From an uncultured Pseudomonadota bacterium (GTDB taxonomy: Bacteria > Pseudomonadota > Alphaproteobacteria > UBA9219): a stretch of 64,000 nucleotides of DNA. Every line of letters starts with the position of its first letter. Position 1 is the first letter of the stretch. Under the pieces are notes generated by a model. That model did no database searches, was not told where the DNA came from, and saw only the letters and a list, made by a program, of their open reading frames with translations. Below are positions 30,493 through 41,829 of the stretch, in pieces. The stretch is taken from the NCBI GenBank assembly GCA_903919315.1, contig CAIXHP010000042.1, positions 24,884-88,883 on the forward strand. Direction: 5' to 3'. Both the position numbers and the translations under genes were made by a program.

Positions 30493-32475
30493 TTAGATGT
30501 CCACGTCGCGGACGAACCTTGCGTTTTCCTGAATGAACTGGAAGCGCAGTTCGGCTTTGCGACCCATGAGGCTCTCGACGAGTTCTTCCGTAGCCTTGAT
30601 CTCGGCGAGTCCGTCTTCAGAGCCGGGCGAGGCGACGACGACGCGGAGGAGCGAGCGGCTGCGTGGGTGCATGGTGGTCTCGCGCAACTGCGCGGGCATC
30701 ATTTCGCCGAGGCCTTTGAACCGGCTGATCTCGACTTTGCCGCGACCGCTGAAAACGCTTTCCAGCAGCTCGTCTTTGTGCGCGTCGTCGCGGGCATAGA
30801 CAGTCTTGTCGCCTTGACTGATGCGATAGAGCGGCGGTTGGGCGAGGAAGAGCCTCCCCGCGTTGATCAAGCCCGGAGTCTCGCGATAGAAAAACGTCAT
30901 GAGCAGCGAGGCGATGTGCGCCCCGTCCACATCGGCGTCGGTCATGATGATGACGCGCTCATAGCGCAATTTGTTGACATCGAACGCGCTGCCGAGGCCG
31001 CAGCCGAGCGCCTGAATGAGGTCGGCGAGTTCCTGATTGCCGCGCAGCTTGTCGGTGCTGGCGCTGGCGACGTTGAGGATCTTGCCGCGCAGAGGCAGGA
31101 TGGCTTGCGTGTCGCGGTTACGAGCTTGCTTGGCCGAGCCGCCCGCCGAGTCGCCTTCCACGAGGAATATTTCGGTGCCTTCGGCGCTGTTCTGCGTGCA
31201 GTCCGCCAGCTTGCCGGGGAGTCTGAGTTTCCGCGTCGCGGTCTTGCGGGCCATGTCTTTGGCCTGACTGAGGCGCGCGCGTTCTTCGGCCTTAAAGATC
31301 AACTGGTCGAGGAGCGCCTTGCTGCTGACCGGATCGGCGGTGAGCCAATGGTCAAAGTGATCCTTGACCACCTGATCGACGAGGCGCGTGGCCTCCGCCG
31401 TCGCCAGCCTGTCTTTCGTCTGTCCCTGAAACTGCGGCTCGCGGATGAACAGCGACAGCAGAACCGTCGCGTCGCCGAAAGCTTCGTCGCCGGTGACGGA
31501 GGCCGTGCGGCGGTTGCCGATCATGTCGCCATAGGCGCGCAACCCGCGCAGCAACGCCGAGCGCATACCGCTTTCGTGCGTGCCGCCCTGCGGCGTCGGA
31601 ATGGTGTTGCAATAGGAATGGCAGAAACCTTCGCCATCATCTGGCCACGCCACCGCCCATTCGACCTTACCTTTGCCTTCCGGCAAATCGGCCATGCCGC
31701 TGAAGAGTTGCGGTGTCAGCGTGTTGCGTCCCTCAAGCGAGGTGGTCAGGTAATCGGCCAAACCGCCGGGAAAATGCAGGACGGCCTCGACGGGAGTCGT
31801 ATCTTCGCCCTTGATCAGCGCCGGATCGCAGCTCCAGCGAATTTCCACGCCGCGAAACAGATACGCCTTGGATCGCGCCATGCGGAAGAGGGTGGCAGGC
31901 TTAAACTTGATCCGCTCGCCAAAGATTTCCACATCGGGACGAAAGATGATTGTCGTGCCGCGCCGGTTGACGGCCCCTGCGGGCTTGAGCTTTCCCTGCG
32001 GCGCGCCACGGCTGTATGTCTGCACATAGAGTTGCTTGTCGCGCGCGACTTCGACTGTGAGTTCCTCGGACAACGCGTTGACGACCGAGATGCCGACACC
32101 ATGCAAACCGCCGGAAGTCTCATAGACCTTGCTCGAAAACTTGCCGCCCGAATGCAGCGTGGTGAGGATGACTTCCAGCGCGGACTTGCCGGGAAATTTG
32201 GGGTGATTGTCGATCGGAATGCCGCGTCCGTTGTCGCGCACCGTGACAGTGTTGTTGTCGGCCAGTTCCAACTCGATCCGCGTCGCATAGCCCGCAACCG
32301 CTTCGTCCATCGCGTTGTCGATGACTTCGGCGACAAGGTGATGCATGGCGGCTTCGTCGGTGCCGCCGATGTACATGCCGGGCCGCCTGCGGACAGGCTC
32401 CAGCCCTTCCAGAACCTCGATGTCATGGGCGCTGTAGGAGTCTTTTTTTCGTGCGGTGGCGAGCAAATCAGACAT
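30493..32475 (-). CDS. parE: DNA topoisomerase IV subunit B
   Basis: 660 aa, lacking the GyrB insertion. A GHKL ATPase domain (VIDNAMDE), then TOPRIM (EGDSAGGSAKQ) and PLRGKILNV. Confidence 0.92.
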   Translation of the reverse strand: MSDLLATARKKDSYSAHDIEVLEGLEPVRRRPGMYIGGTDEAAMHHLVAEVIDNAMDEAVAGYATRIELELADNNTVTVRDNGRGIPIDNHPKFPGKSALEVILTTLHSGGKFSSKVYETSGGLHGVGISVVNALSEELTVEVARDKQLYVQTYSRGAPQGKLKPAGAVNRRGTTIIFRPDVEIFGERIKFKPATLFRMARSKAYLFRGVEIRWSCDPALIKGEDTTPVEAVLHFPGGLADYLTTSLEGRNTLTPQLFSGMADLPEGKGKVEWAVAWPDDGEGFCHSYCNTIPTPQGGTHESGMRSALLRGLRAYGDMIGNRRTASVTGDEAFGDATVLLSLFIREPQFQGQTKDRLATAEATRLVDQVVKDHFDHWLTADPVSSKALLDQLIFKAEERARLSQAKDMARKTATRKLRLPGKLADCTQNSAEGTEIFLVEGDSAGGSAKQARNRDTQAILPLRGKILNVASASTDKLRGNQELADLIQALGCGLGSAFDVNKLRYERVIIMTDADVDGAHIASLLMTFFYRETPGLINAGRLFLAQPPLYRISQGDKTVYARDDAHKDELLESVFSGRGKVEISRFKGLGEMMPAQLRETTMHPRSRSLLRVVVASPGSEDGLAEIKATEELVESLMGRKAELRFQFIQENARFVRDVDI

Positions 32476-32564
32476 GGCTTCAATTCGTTCGAGTCAACGG
32501 GAAAGGGGGGCTATAGCACGATTCGGAAAAACAGACAGCGCTCATACGCTCGAAGGACGGAGTG

Positions 32565-33494
32565 TCAGAGACTGGGGCGGACGAAGCGGATGAAGGGAAG
32601 CATCGCTACAGTATGCACAAAAGCCCTTCTTCCGGGGGAGTAAGCGCTGTCAACCCCCGTTGCAGGCGCTGATGGCGGATGTTGCTCCAGATGTGGCGCC
32701 AGATGTTGCCTCAGACTTTGCCCCAGCGTGATGAAAAGCATCTTGTGGGCCTCTGAAATGGGGAGTTGCCGTATCAGAGCTTCCCGGCGGTCAAGTTTAT
32801 CTTTGTATTTCTCCGTGTTTCCAGTAACCCTAAACCACTTCGGCAACGGCTGACCCTTGTGCGCATATTGTTCAAAGGCGTGCACATCGCGGGCGTAAGT
32901 ACAAAGTTTATCATAATACCGAGTGTATGCCGTGATGCCCGTAGGATCCGCCTTTGCGCGTGCGAGCTGCTCGTCCATCCGTTCCTGTTTGTGAAGTGTT
33001 GGCGTGTCGGTGATGGCGGTGAGCCTGTCGACGACAAAACGCGCGTGCTCGGGATCGCCTTTCCAGCACTGCTCCACGATATGATTTGGGGTGATATGGG
33101 GATGTTTTTCGCCCAGTTCCTCTACGAGGTCATGACCGTAGGCAATAAAACATCGAACATCGATGGGAATGGTTTTTAGTGCGCATGTGTTGGCGACCTG
33201 ATCCGCAACCTCGACGTAGTGCGTCAGCTCAAGCACCCCGCCGTTGTGGCGTTGCTTTCGCCCGACATGCTTTGCCGCGAAATGCTGCAAGGCTATAAGG
33301 CTGGGATCGTTGAGCCACGCGTGATTGCCGTCGCGCTTCAGCAAGGCTTCGTCTTGGGCTCGTTCGATCAGCTGGTCTGGCGACGACCGCCCGCAAACCA
33401 GACGCACAGCCTGTACGAACAGGCTCGTTTGACCGGTGCGGTGCGATTGTCGCGCCGACGTTGTCGTTGTGGCCGTGTCTGTCATGGTGATCAC
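32565..33494 (-). CDS. Hypothetical protein with an HD-like motif (a possible HD-domain phosphohydrolase)
   Basis: 309 aa in a lower-GC patch. The motifs are ...LTHYVEVADQVAN...IAYGHDLVEELG..., a His followed about 27 residues later by His-Asp, which is the spacing of HD-superfamily metal sites. Nothing else is recognisable. Confidence 0.5.
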   Translation of the reverse strand: MITMTDTATTTTSARQSHRTGQTSLFVQAVRLVCGRSSPDQLIERAQDEALLKRDGNHAWLNDPSLIALQHFAAKHVGRKQRHNGGVLELTHYVEVADQVANTCALKTIPIDVRCFIAYGHDLVEELGEKHPHITPNHIVEQCWKGDPEHARFVVDRLTAITDTPTLHKQERMDEQLARAKADPTGITAYTRYYDKLCTYARDVHAFEQYAHKGQPLPKWFRVTGNTEKYKDKLDRREALIRQLPISEAHKMLFITLGQSLRQHLAPHLEQHPPSAPATGVDSAYSPGRRAFVHTVAMLPFIRFVRPSL

Positions 33495-33673
33495 GTTCGA
33501 GAGCTACGCTCTTCGCCTTCGTTTTTCGTAAGCGGTCCTATATGCCAGTTTTTTTGGCGCAAGAAAACTGGTTTTGAACCCCAAAAAAGTTGTGGATAAC
33601 CGTCCCCGCCAAGTGTCGGTTTTGGCGGAATTTTCTGCCTTTTCCACATGTGAATAAGTCAGAATCGTTCGCC

Positions 33674-33688
33674 TTAACAAAAGGTTAA
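33674..33688 (+). promoter_or_regulatory. Candidate CtrA box (TTAA-N7-TTAA) in the gcrA upstream region
   Basis: TTAACAAAAGGTTAA lies about 215 bp upstream of the gcrA ATG. Three GANTC (CcrM) sites occur in the same roughly 230 bp, at 33662, 33743 and 33811. Confidence 0.5.
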
Positions 33689-33888
33689 AATTCCATATCT
33701 TGCGGTCAAAAACCCCTTATCCACAAGATTGTGTAGGGGGTAGAATCAGTTCGGCATATCTGGTATGAATTCTGTCGTTAGCCACAACATATAGACACTG
33801 TTTGGTTAACGATTCACGGCACGGTTTCGTATCCGTAATGGATGTAGGGCCGGGCTTCCCGCGAAACCCCAGAACGGAGCTTAACGAC

Positions 33889-34431
33889 ATGAGCTGGACC
33901 GAACAACAAATCCAGGCCCTCAGGAAAATGTGGGGCAATGGTTTCAGCGCCAGCGATATTGCCAAGAGCCTCGGCAGTGGCATGACTCGCAACGCCGTCA
34001 TCGGCAAAGCGCATCGTCTCAAGCTGTCCGCTGGCCCGGCTTCGGCGAGCGCGGCGATGCCCAGCAAGGTCGGCGGCAGCGTCGTGGCCACCATGGCCAA
34101 GGTTGACAAGTCGCGCGTGATGCTCCGCCCCCTGCCACCTGTGCAAAGGCCGGGAACCGTGGCCGTCAAGCCGGTGGTCAAGGAAGCCCTGCGTCCCATC
34201 GAGAGCAAGCGCACCGAAGGCATCGCCGTGACCAAGGCCGGTGAACGTCATTGCCGTTGGCCGATCGGCGATCCCCGCTCGCCTGAGTTCCGCTTCTGCG
34301 GCTGTTCCTCGTACGAAGGTCTGCCGTACTGCGTCGACCATGCCCGCGTGGCCTATCAGACCGTCAGCCGGAAATCCCGCGTCAGCGAAAATTCGCCGGA
34401 GTTCCGCATGCCGAGTCCCCAGCGCTTCTGA
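33889..34431 (+). CDS. gcrA: Cell-cycle transcriptional regulator GcrA
   Basis: MSWTEQQIQALRKMWGNGFSASDIAKSLGSGMTRNAVIGKAHRL at the N-terminus and the conserved C-terminus CRWPIGDP...FCG...YC..H. The track ORF starts at 33802; the true start is M30. Confidence 0.85.
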   Translation: MSWTEQQIQALRKMWGNGFSASDIAKSLGSGMTRNAVIGKAHRLKLSAGPASASAAMPSKVGGSVVATMAKVDKSRVMLRPLPPVQRPGTVAVKPVVKEALRPIESKRTEGIAVTKAGERHCRWPIGDPRSPEFRFCGCSSYEGLPYCVDHARVAYQTVSRKSRVSENSPEFRMPSPQRF

Positions 34432-34495
34432 TACGCAAGCGTGGTCTAATGATTTGAAGAAAGAAGGCATCCGCAAGCGGATGCCTTCTTGCGTT

Positions 34496-35707
34496 TCAGG
34501 ACGCTGCTTTCAAGCCTTCGGAGATCTTCTCAAGGAACTGGCGCGTGTTGAGCCACGTCTGGTTCTTGCCGACGAGGAGGGCGAGGTCTTTGGTCATAAA
34601 GCCCTGCTCGACCGTCTTGACGCAGACGTGTTCCAACCGTTCGGCAAAGGCCACGACATCGGGCGTAGCATCGAACTTTCCGCGATAGTGCAGCGCTTGC
34701 GTCCATGCAAAAATCGAGGCGATTGGGTTGGTCGAAGTCTCCCGTCCCGCCTGATGCTCGCGGTAATGCCGGGTGACGGTGCCGTGCGCCGCTTCGGTTT
34801 CGATGGTGCCGCCGTCGGGCGACAACAGCACCGAGGTCATGAGGCCGAGCGAGCCAAAGCCCTGCGCCACAGAATCCGATTGCACATCGCCGTCGTAATT
34901 CTTGCACGCCCACAGGAACCCGCCCTGGTCGCGCAGCGATTGAGCCACCATGTCATCGATCAGCCGGTGTTCATAGGTGAGGCCTTCTTTCTCAAAGGCC
35001 GTCCGGAATGAAGCGTTGTAGACTTCGGCGAACAAATCCTTGAACCGCCCGTCATAGGCCTTCAGGATCGTGTTCTTGGTCGAAAGATACATCGGCAGAT
35101 GGCGCATCAACGCATAGTTGAAGCAGGCGCGCGCGAATCCGGCGATGGATTCGTCCTCGTTGTACATGGCCATCGCCACGCCAGCGCCGGGGAAATTATG
35201 CACGTCGTGCGTGATCGGATCGCCGCCGTTGCTGGGTTGGAACGTGATCGTCAGCTTGCCGGGGCCGGGAACGCGAAAGTCCGTGGCGCGGTATTGGTCG
35301 CCATAGGCATGGCGCGCGATGACGATGGGCTTTTTCCAGTGCGCCACATAGTGCGGCACGTTGCTGATCAGGATCGGTTCGCGGAACACGGTGCCGTTCA
35401 GGATGTTGCGGATCGTGCCGTTGGGCGACTTCCACATTTTCTTGAGGTTAAATTCCTTCACCCGCGCTTCGTCGGGCGTGATGGTGGCGCATTTGACGCC
35501 GACGCCATAGCGTTTGATCGCCTCCGCCGCCTCGACGGTGACGCGATCCTCGGTGCGGTCGCGCTCCGGCAGACCCAGATCATAGTATTTCAGATCAATG
35601 TCGAGATAGGGCAGGATCAGCCAGTCCTTGATCATCTGCCAGATGATCCGGGTCATTTCGTCGCCGTCCATCTCGACCAGCGGGTTCTTGACTTTGATTT
35701 TCGGCAT
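34496..35707 (-). CDS. icd: NADP-dependent isocitrate dehydrogenase (homodimeric, eukaryote-like type)
   Basis: [23 protein letters not shown] and [12 protein letters not shown] are hallmark IDH1-like motifs. The start is M13 of the track ORF. Confidence 0.9.
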   Translation of the reverse strand: MPKIKVKNPLVEMDGDEMTRIIWQMIKDWLILPYLDIDLKYYDLGLPERDRTEDRVTVEAAEAIKRYGVGVKCATITPDEARVKEFNLKKMWKSPNGTIRNILNGTVFREPILISNVPHYVAHWKKPIVIARHAYGDQYRATDFRVPGPGKLTITFQPSNGGDPITHDVHNFPGAGVAMAMYNEDESIAGFARACFNYALMRHLPMYLSTKNTILKAYDGRFKDLFAEVYNASFRTAFEKEGLTYEHRLIDDMVAQSLRDQGGFLWACKNYDGDVQSDSVAQGFGSLGLMTSVLLSPDGGTIETEAAHGTVTRHYREHQAGRETSTNPIASIFAWTQALHYRGKFDATPDVVAFAERLEHVCVKTVEQGFMTKDLALLVGKNQTWLNTRQFLEKISEGLKAAS

Positions 35708-35776
35708 GGCGCTCACACGACTCCGCGATGATGGAATTCTCAATCAAAGCTAAGCCTTCGCCGGGTTAAGATCGCG

Positions 35777-36391
35777 TTAAATAAGGGCGATCAGCTTCGG
35801 GCTGACCTCGTGCCAGCCCTCCCAGATCATGCTCAGCGCGACGTACAGGACAACGAGCAGACCCGCATATCCAATCCAGTGAAAGCGATGCAGCAGTCTG
35901 ACCACGGCGGTGGCGGCAACCCCCATGAGGACGACCGATAGCGCGAGTCCCATGATCAGCACGCCAAGATGATCGCGGGCCGCGCCAGCGACGGCCAGCA
36001 CATTGTCCAGCGACATGGACACGTCGGCGACGATAATCTGGATGACGGCATCCTTCAGGCTTTTATGCGGCGCGGCATGGTCGGGAGCCGTGGCGGCAGC
36101 GTCATGGTGCGGCGCGTGGCGTATGGCGTGGAAAAGCTTCCATGCAACCCACAGCAGCATCAAACCGCCCGCCAGAGTCAATCCGATGATATTCAGAAGT
36201 TGCACGGCAAAGATGGCGAACACGATACGCAGAACGGTGGCCGCGCCGATGCCGATCATGATGGCGCGATGGCGCAATTCCTTGGGCAGCCCCGCCGCCG
36301 CCATACCCACGATCAGGGCGTTGTCGGCCGCCAGCGAAATGTCGATAAGGACGACCTGCAAAAAGGCGGAGAATCCAGCCAAAGAGTCCAT
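35777..36391 (-). CDS. TerC-family integral membrane protein
   Basis: The repeated ADNALIV and LDNVLAV motifs, multi-pass. The start is probably M13 (MDSLAGF). Confidence 0.8.
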   Translation of the reverse strand: MDSLAGFSAFLQVVLIDISLAADNALIVGMAAAGLPKELRHRAIMIGIGAATVLRIVFAIFAVQLLNIIGLTLAGGLMLLWVAWKLFHAIRHAPHHDAAATAPDHAAPHKSLKDAVIQIIVADVSMSLDNVLAVAGAARDHLGVLIMGLALSVVLMGVAATAVVRLLHRFHWIGYAGLLVVLYVALSMIWEGWHEVSPKLIALI

Positions 36392-36509
36392 GACGCAACC
36401 TTGCCAAATGTGGGAGCCAGAGGCCATGCATAGTCAAAAATGGGCCGGGCCGCCACTGTTTCATGAATCCGCCCCCAAAGCCGACCAAAACGATGCGGGG
36501 GCGGGGTGA

Positions 36510-38374
<1,865 letters not shown>

Positions 38375-38577
38375 AAAGCAGCTTCCTATATATTTACACA
38401 AAGGCATCCTGAACGATATTAACGGGAGAGCCCCATCGCTGTCCACTAGCGCTATGCTTGCGTCGCGGTCGGCGTATCCCGTGGCCCGTATAAATTTTGC
38501 CGGAAATCCATAAAAACAGTTGGCCATTGCGGCGCTCTTGGTTAAGGTGGGTTAATTCTTTGGTGAAGAGGGGGGGC

Positions 38578-39474
38578 ATGTCGGTTCGTTCGCGCCATCA
38601 CGGGTGGGTTTCCGCCACCGCCGTTTCATGGCGCTTGCTGATTCATCGCTTCTCGTTCGTCTTCTTCCTGTCGTTGTCTTTGGGGCTGCTTGTTGTCGGT
38701 CACGGACAACCCAAAATGGCGGAAGGTGTGCGCACACACGTCATGGACAGTCTTGCCCCCATTCTGGATGCCCTGTCGCGTCCGATGGCCGTGGCCACGA
38801 ACGTCATGCAGCACGTCAAGGACTACGTCAACCTTCAGCGCGAGAACGAACGTCTTCGTGCTGAAAACGCGCAATTGCTCCAATGGCAAAATGTCGCGGT
38901 GGCGCTTGAGAATGAGAACAAGGGGCTTCGCGCTCTTCTAAATTACAAAACGGAATCCAATCTGGCCTATATTTCGGCGCGGGTTATCGCCGACACCGGC
39001 GGGCCGTTCGTGCGGTCGCTGGTTGTCACGGCGGGCAAGGTTGACGGCGTGCGCGAAGGCATGGCGGCCATGACCGGTGAGGGACTCATCGGGCGCGTCA
39101 CAGAGGCGGGGAATTGGTCGTCGCGCATTCTGCTGATGACCGACATGAACTCGCGCATTCCGGTGACGGTTGCCGAAAGCGGCGATCACGCCATTCTGGC
39201 GGGCGACAATGAATCCACGCCAAAACTTCTCTACCTGCCTCAGGATACCAATGTGAAGTCGGGGGACCGCGTACTGACATCGGGCCACGGCGGCATTTTT
39301 CCGCCCAATTTGCCGGTTGGCGTGGTGAGCCGCGCGTCGAGCGGCGCGTATGAGATGACACCCGCCGCCGATCTGGGACGCATCAACCAAGTGCGCTTGG
39401 TCGATTTCAATCTGGTAGGAGGCGCGTTCAATCCGATCGCCAGTAAGATTGAAACCGACACTAAAAAGAACTGA
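38578..39474 (+). CDS. mreC: Rod shape-determining protein MreC
   Basis: An N-terminal transmembrane anchor, a coiled coil (NLQRENERLRAENAQLLQWQ) and a C-terminal beta domain. The start is M28, preceded by GAAGAGGGGGGG. Confidence 0.8.
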   Translation: MSVRSRHHGWVSATAVSWRLLIHRFSFVFFLSLSLGLLVVGHGQPKMAEGVRTHVMDSLAPILDALSRPMAVATNVMQHVKDYVNLQRENERLRAENAQLLQWQNVAVALENENKGLRALLNYKTESNLAYISARVIADTGGPFVRSLVVTAGKVDGVREGMAAMTGEGLIGRVTEAGNWSSRILLMTDMNSRIPVTVAESGDHAILAGDNESTPKLLYLPQDTNVKSGDRVLTSGHGGIFPPNLPVGVVSRASSGAYEMTPAADLGRINQVRLVDFNLVGGAFNPIASKIETDTKKN

Positions 39475-39989
39475 TGTTTCCCGCCGTATGGAGTCGGATC
39501 GAGCAGGGCGCACGGCGCATCCTGCCGCTTGCGACCGCGCTGCTGTTCATTCTGATCGGCGTGGTGGCATGGCCGATTCCCTACTTGGGCGCGGTGGCAC
39601 CTTCATTGGGACTTGTGGCCGTCTATTACTGGGCTATCCACCGTCCTGATTTGTTCCATCTTCCGTCCGTCTTTCTGCTGGGCGTTCTGCAGGACGCGAT
39701 CCATTTCCTTCCGCTGGGGCTGTCGGCTCTGGTCTTTGTCGCGGTTCACCAATTGGCGCTGAGCCAGCGCCGTTTTTTCGCGGGCCACGCCTTTCACATG
39801 CTGTGGACGGGCTTCGCCATCGTGGCGGTGGCGGCGATGTTATGCAATTGGCTGATCTTGTCGCTCTACAACGGCCACGGGGTCGCGTTCCTGCCGGTGC
39901 TGTTGCAAACGGCCCTGACCGTGATCCTGTTTCCTCTACCGGCATGGGTGTTGATCCGCCTGCACCGCGCCGCGCTCAGTCAGGGATAG
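39474..39989 (+). CDS. mreD: Rod shape-determining protein MreD
   Basis: 171 aa, multi-pass hydrophobic, immediately following mreC. Confidence 0.75.
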   Translation: MFPAVWSRIEQGARRILPLATALLFILIGVVAWPIPYLGAVAPSLGLVAVYYWAIHRPDLFHLPSVFLLGVLQDAIHFLPLGLSALVFVAVHQLALSQRRFFAGHAFHMLWTGFAIVAVAAMLCNWLILSLYNGHGVAFLPVLLQTALTVILFPLPAWVLIRLHRAALSQG

Positions 39990-39993
39990 GCCC

Positions 39994-41826
39994 ATGTCCC
40001 GCGACAGCGAACGCTCGCGCCTCTTTACCCGCCGCGCTGTCCTTATCGGCGGCGCGAAGATCGGCCTGTTCTCGCTTCTGGCCGGGCGCATCTATTATCT
40101 ACAAGTCGCGCAGGGCGACAAATACCGCACGCTGGCCGAGGAAAACCGCATCAATTTGCGTCTGATCTCGCCGCCGCGCGGGCAGATTCTGGATCGCTCC
40201 GGCACCCCCCTTGCGATCAACCAGCAAAACTACCGCGTCGTCCTGTTGCCCGAGCAAGTCGAAAAACTCGATCTGCTTCTCGATAACATTAACGCCTATG
40301 TGCCGTTGACGGACAGCGATCGCAGGCGCATCGGACGCGATATTCGGAACAGCAACAACCTGAACGCCGTTCTGGTGCACGATAACCTGACGTGGGATCA
40401 GGTGGCGGCTCTGTCGCTGCACACGCTTGATTTGTCGGGCGCGGACATCGAGGCGGGCGAAGTGCGCTCCTACCCCTATGCCGAATCGATGGCGCATCTT
40501 TTGGGCTATGTCGGCGCGGTGTCCCAGACGGAGCTGGACGAAGACCAGCCGGAACTGGCCATCCCCGGCTTTCGCATCGGCAAAAGCGGTGTGGAGCGGC
40601 AGTACGACGCTCAGCTGCGTGGCGAAGCGGGCAATGTCCAATTGGAAGTCAACGCTCACGGGCGCGTGGTGCGTGAACTGGCGCGGAACGAACCAACTCC
40701 CGGGCGCGACATAACCGTGTCGATCGACGTTGGCTTGCAGCAAATGGTGCAGAATCGCTTAGCGGAAGAAGAGAGCGCGGCGGTAGTGGTGATGGACGTC
40801 CACACCGGCGCGGTCTACGCCCTTGTGTCGCATCCCGGCTTTGACCCGAATCTGTTTACCTACGGCATCGGGCGACAGGACTGGGACCGTCTGAACAACG
40901 ACGACCGCACGCCCCTGTTGAACAAGGCTGTCGACGGTGTCTATGCGCCGGGTTCGACGTTCAAGGTTGTCGTGTCGTTGGCGGCGATGGACGCGGGATT
41001 GCTCGAGCCAAAGGGGCGTGTCTTTTGCCCCGGCTATTACGAATTGGGCGACCACCGTTTTCACTGTTGGAAACACGGCGGGCACGGCTCCGTGAATTTT
41101 ATCGAGGGTATGGCGGGATCCTGCGACACCTACTTCTATGATCTCGCGCACCGTACCGGCATTGACCGGATACAGACGATGGCGGGACGTTTGGGGTTTG
41201 GGCAAAAAACGGGCATCGATATGCCGCATGAAAAAACCGGACTGGTGCCGGGACGCGCGTGGAAAATGGCGAACCGCAACGTCGCGTGGCAGCCGGGTGA
41301 AACGCTGGTGACGGCGATCGGGCAGGGCTATGTGCTGGCCACGCCGTTGCAGTTGGCGACGGTGGCGGCGCGTATCGCCAACGGCGGCAAGGCCGTGCGT
41401 CCGCAAGTTGTGGCCCGGATCGGCGCCGACGAGGCGCTTTCGACCTCATGGCCTTCGCTGGGGCTTGAGCCAAAGCATCTGGCGCTGTTGCGTGAAGCCA
41501 TGTCGGCGGTCGTGAACGAGCAAATCGGAACCGCCTATGGCGCGCACGCGCAGGATGCTGCGATGACGATGGCCGGAAAGACGGGAACGGCGCAGGTGCG
41601 GCGCATCAGCACGGCCGAGCGGGCGGAGGGCGTAACGGCCAACGACGACTTGCCGTGGAAGGAGCGCGACCACGCCCTGTTCATCGGCTTTGCGCCCGTC
41701 AGCAACCCGCGTTACGCGGTGTCAGTCGTGGTGGAACACGGCGGAAGCGGCGCGCACAAGGCAGCCCCCATCGCGCGCGATATTCTGGTCGAATGCCAGA
41801 AGCGAAACGTAGCGGGCATCGGCTGA
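39994..41826 (+). CDS. mrdA: Penicillin-binding protein 2 (elongasome transpeptidase)
   Basis: PBP dimerisation and transpeptidase domains (STFK, SCD... and KTGTAQ motifs); 610 aa. Confidence 0.9.
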   Translation: MSRDSERSRLFTRRAVLIGGAKIGLFSLLAGRIYYLQVAQGDKYRTLAEENRINLRLISPPRGQILDRSGTPLAINQQNYRVVLLPEQVEKLDLLLDNINAYVPLTDSDRRRIGRDIRNSNNLNAVLVHDNLTWDQVAALSLHTLDLSGADIEAGEVRSYPYAESMAHLLGYVGAVSQTELDEDQPELAIPGFRIGKSGVERQYDAQLRGEAGNVQLEVNAHGRVVRELARNEPTPGRDITVSIDVGLQQMVQNRLAEEESAAVVVMDVHTGAVYALVSHPGFDPNLFTYGIGRQDWDRLNNDDRTPLLNKAVDGVYAPGSTFKVVVSLAAMDAGLLEPKGRVFCPGYYELGDHRFHCWKHGGHGSVNFIEGMAGSCDTYFYDLAHRTGIDRIQTMAGRLGFGQKTGIDMPHEKTGLVPGRAWKMANRNVAWQPGETLVTAIGQGYVLATPLQLATVAARIANGGKAVRPQVVARIGADEALSTSWPSLGLEPKHLALLREAMSAVVNEQIGTAYGAHAQDAAMTMAGKTGTAQVRRISTAERAEGVTANDDLPWKERDHALFIGFAPVSNPRYAVSVVVEHGGSGAHKAAPIARDILVECQKRNVAGIG

Positions 41827-41829
41827 CGC

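Noticed and set aside
30478-32643. 721-aa plus-strand ORF
   Set aside because: It is entirely antisense to parE, whose product has full-length topoisomerase IV motifs, and the shadow ORF has no recognisable motif. The same reasoning rejects the other long antisense ORFs: 2688..3362, 5146..6813, 6890..8602, 11294..12145, 17376..18608, 19447..20148, 23822..25912, 28010..28630, 29095..30042, 36669..37577, 43630..44289, 45437..46282, 46228..47274, 50858..51554, 52624..53139, 54112..55059, 55209..55805, 57031..57672, 61647..62108 and 63027..63608.
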